Assembly: GCA_034780895.1 (NCBI GenBank)
Contig: JAUZTB010000118.1
Location: forward strand, 69,593,974 to 69,657,973
Source: Rhynchobatus australiae
Taxonomy: Eukaryota
Direction: 5' to 3'
DNA: 64,000 nt
In this document: one piece after another, positions 63,467 to 64,000 of the stretch
How the letters are laid out: every line of letters begins with the position of its first letter
How positions within the stretch are numbered: position 1 is the first letter of the stretch
Notes under the pieces: model-generated
Database searches by the model: none
Told to the model about the DNA's origin: nothing
What the model saw: only the letters and a program-made list of their open reading frames with translations
Position numbers and translations under genes: made by a program

Positions 63467-64000
63467 CTGTCAAACAAAAAGGAAAATGTTATAACCTATA
63501 TTCAGAAAATAACAGCTTAACAATGCTGCATCATTTTATTGTTCCTGGAAACAAACCAAATCTCAATATCTTTCCCATAATCAAATCACTTATGATAATC
63601 AACAAAATTTGAAATCTCATTCAACCATCAGTTTAATTTCATTACCAGTGAATACCCCTGGTCAAACATTATGTTGTTTAAGTCCTTAATAATAGACAGC
63701 ACAATGAAATACAACAAATGACATTTAAGAATGCCTTTGGAAAGAATGTAGAATTGTGCAATATATTGATAGGAGCCATCAGGAATAATCAGTCTTACTC
63801 CATTATCCTTCAACAAAGAAAAGGATATTGTACAAAATGTCACACATTAATGAGCATGTGCAAAGCATTAATCATCGCAGAGAAAGTTCAATGTGTAAAA
63901 ATTAATATTGCTATAGATAGGCTCCATAAGTTACAAAGACATACTGTAATCTGGAGGAGCGGATAACTATAGTGGATGATCATCATAAAGTAATGCTTTC

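Overview
This is AT-rich vertebrate genomic DNA with several N gaps. The repeat content suggests a cartilaginous fish (inference). The window holds the 3' three quarters of ZNF608 (Brakeless/Scribbler family, single C2H2 finger) on the minus strand. Eight coding exons run from 63466 to the stop at 9490, all with GT-AG junctions and consistent phases, with a 38.5-kb intron and a 3' UTR ending near AATAAA at 8600-8605. The 5' coding exons lie beyond the right edge. Introns and flank carry CR1, L2, RTE and Rex1 LINE fragments and tRNA/Deu-type SINEs. They also carry a decayed two-ORF Harbinger/PIF transposon (about 12.0-17.3 kb), a probable ancient Gypsy pol remnant, and short, often palindromic elements with target-site duplications and a minimal type I hammerhead ribozyme motif, probably Penelope-derived. 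Several repeat-free, motif-dense intronic blocks are candidate enhancers or an internal promoter. I found no prokaryote-type system such as CRISPR or an operon. Family assignments rest on recalled motifs, not database searches.
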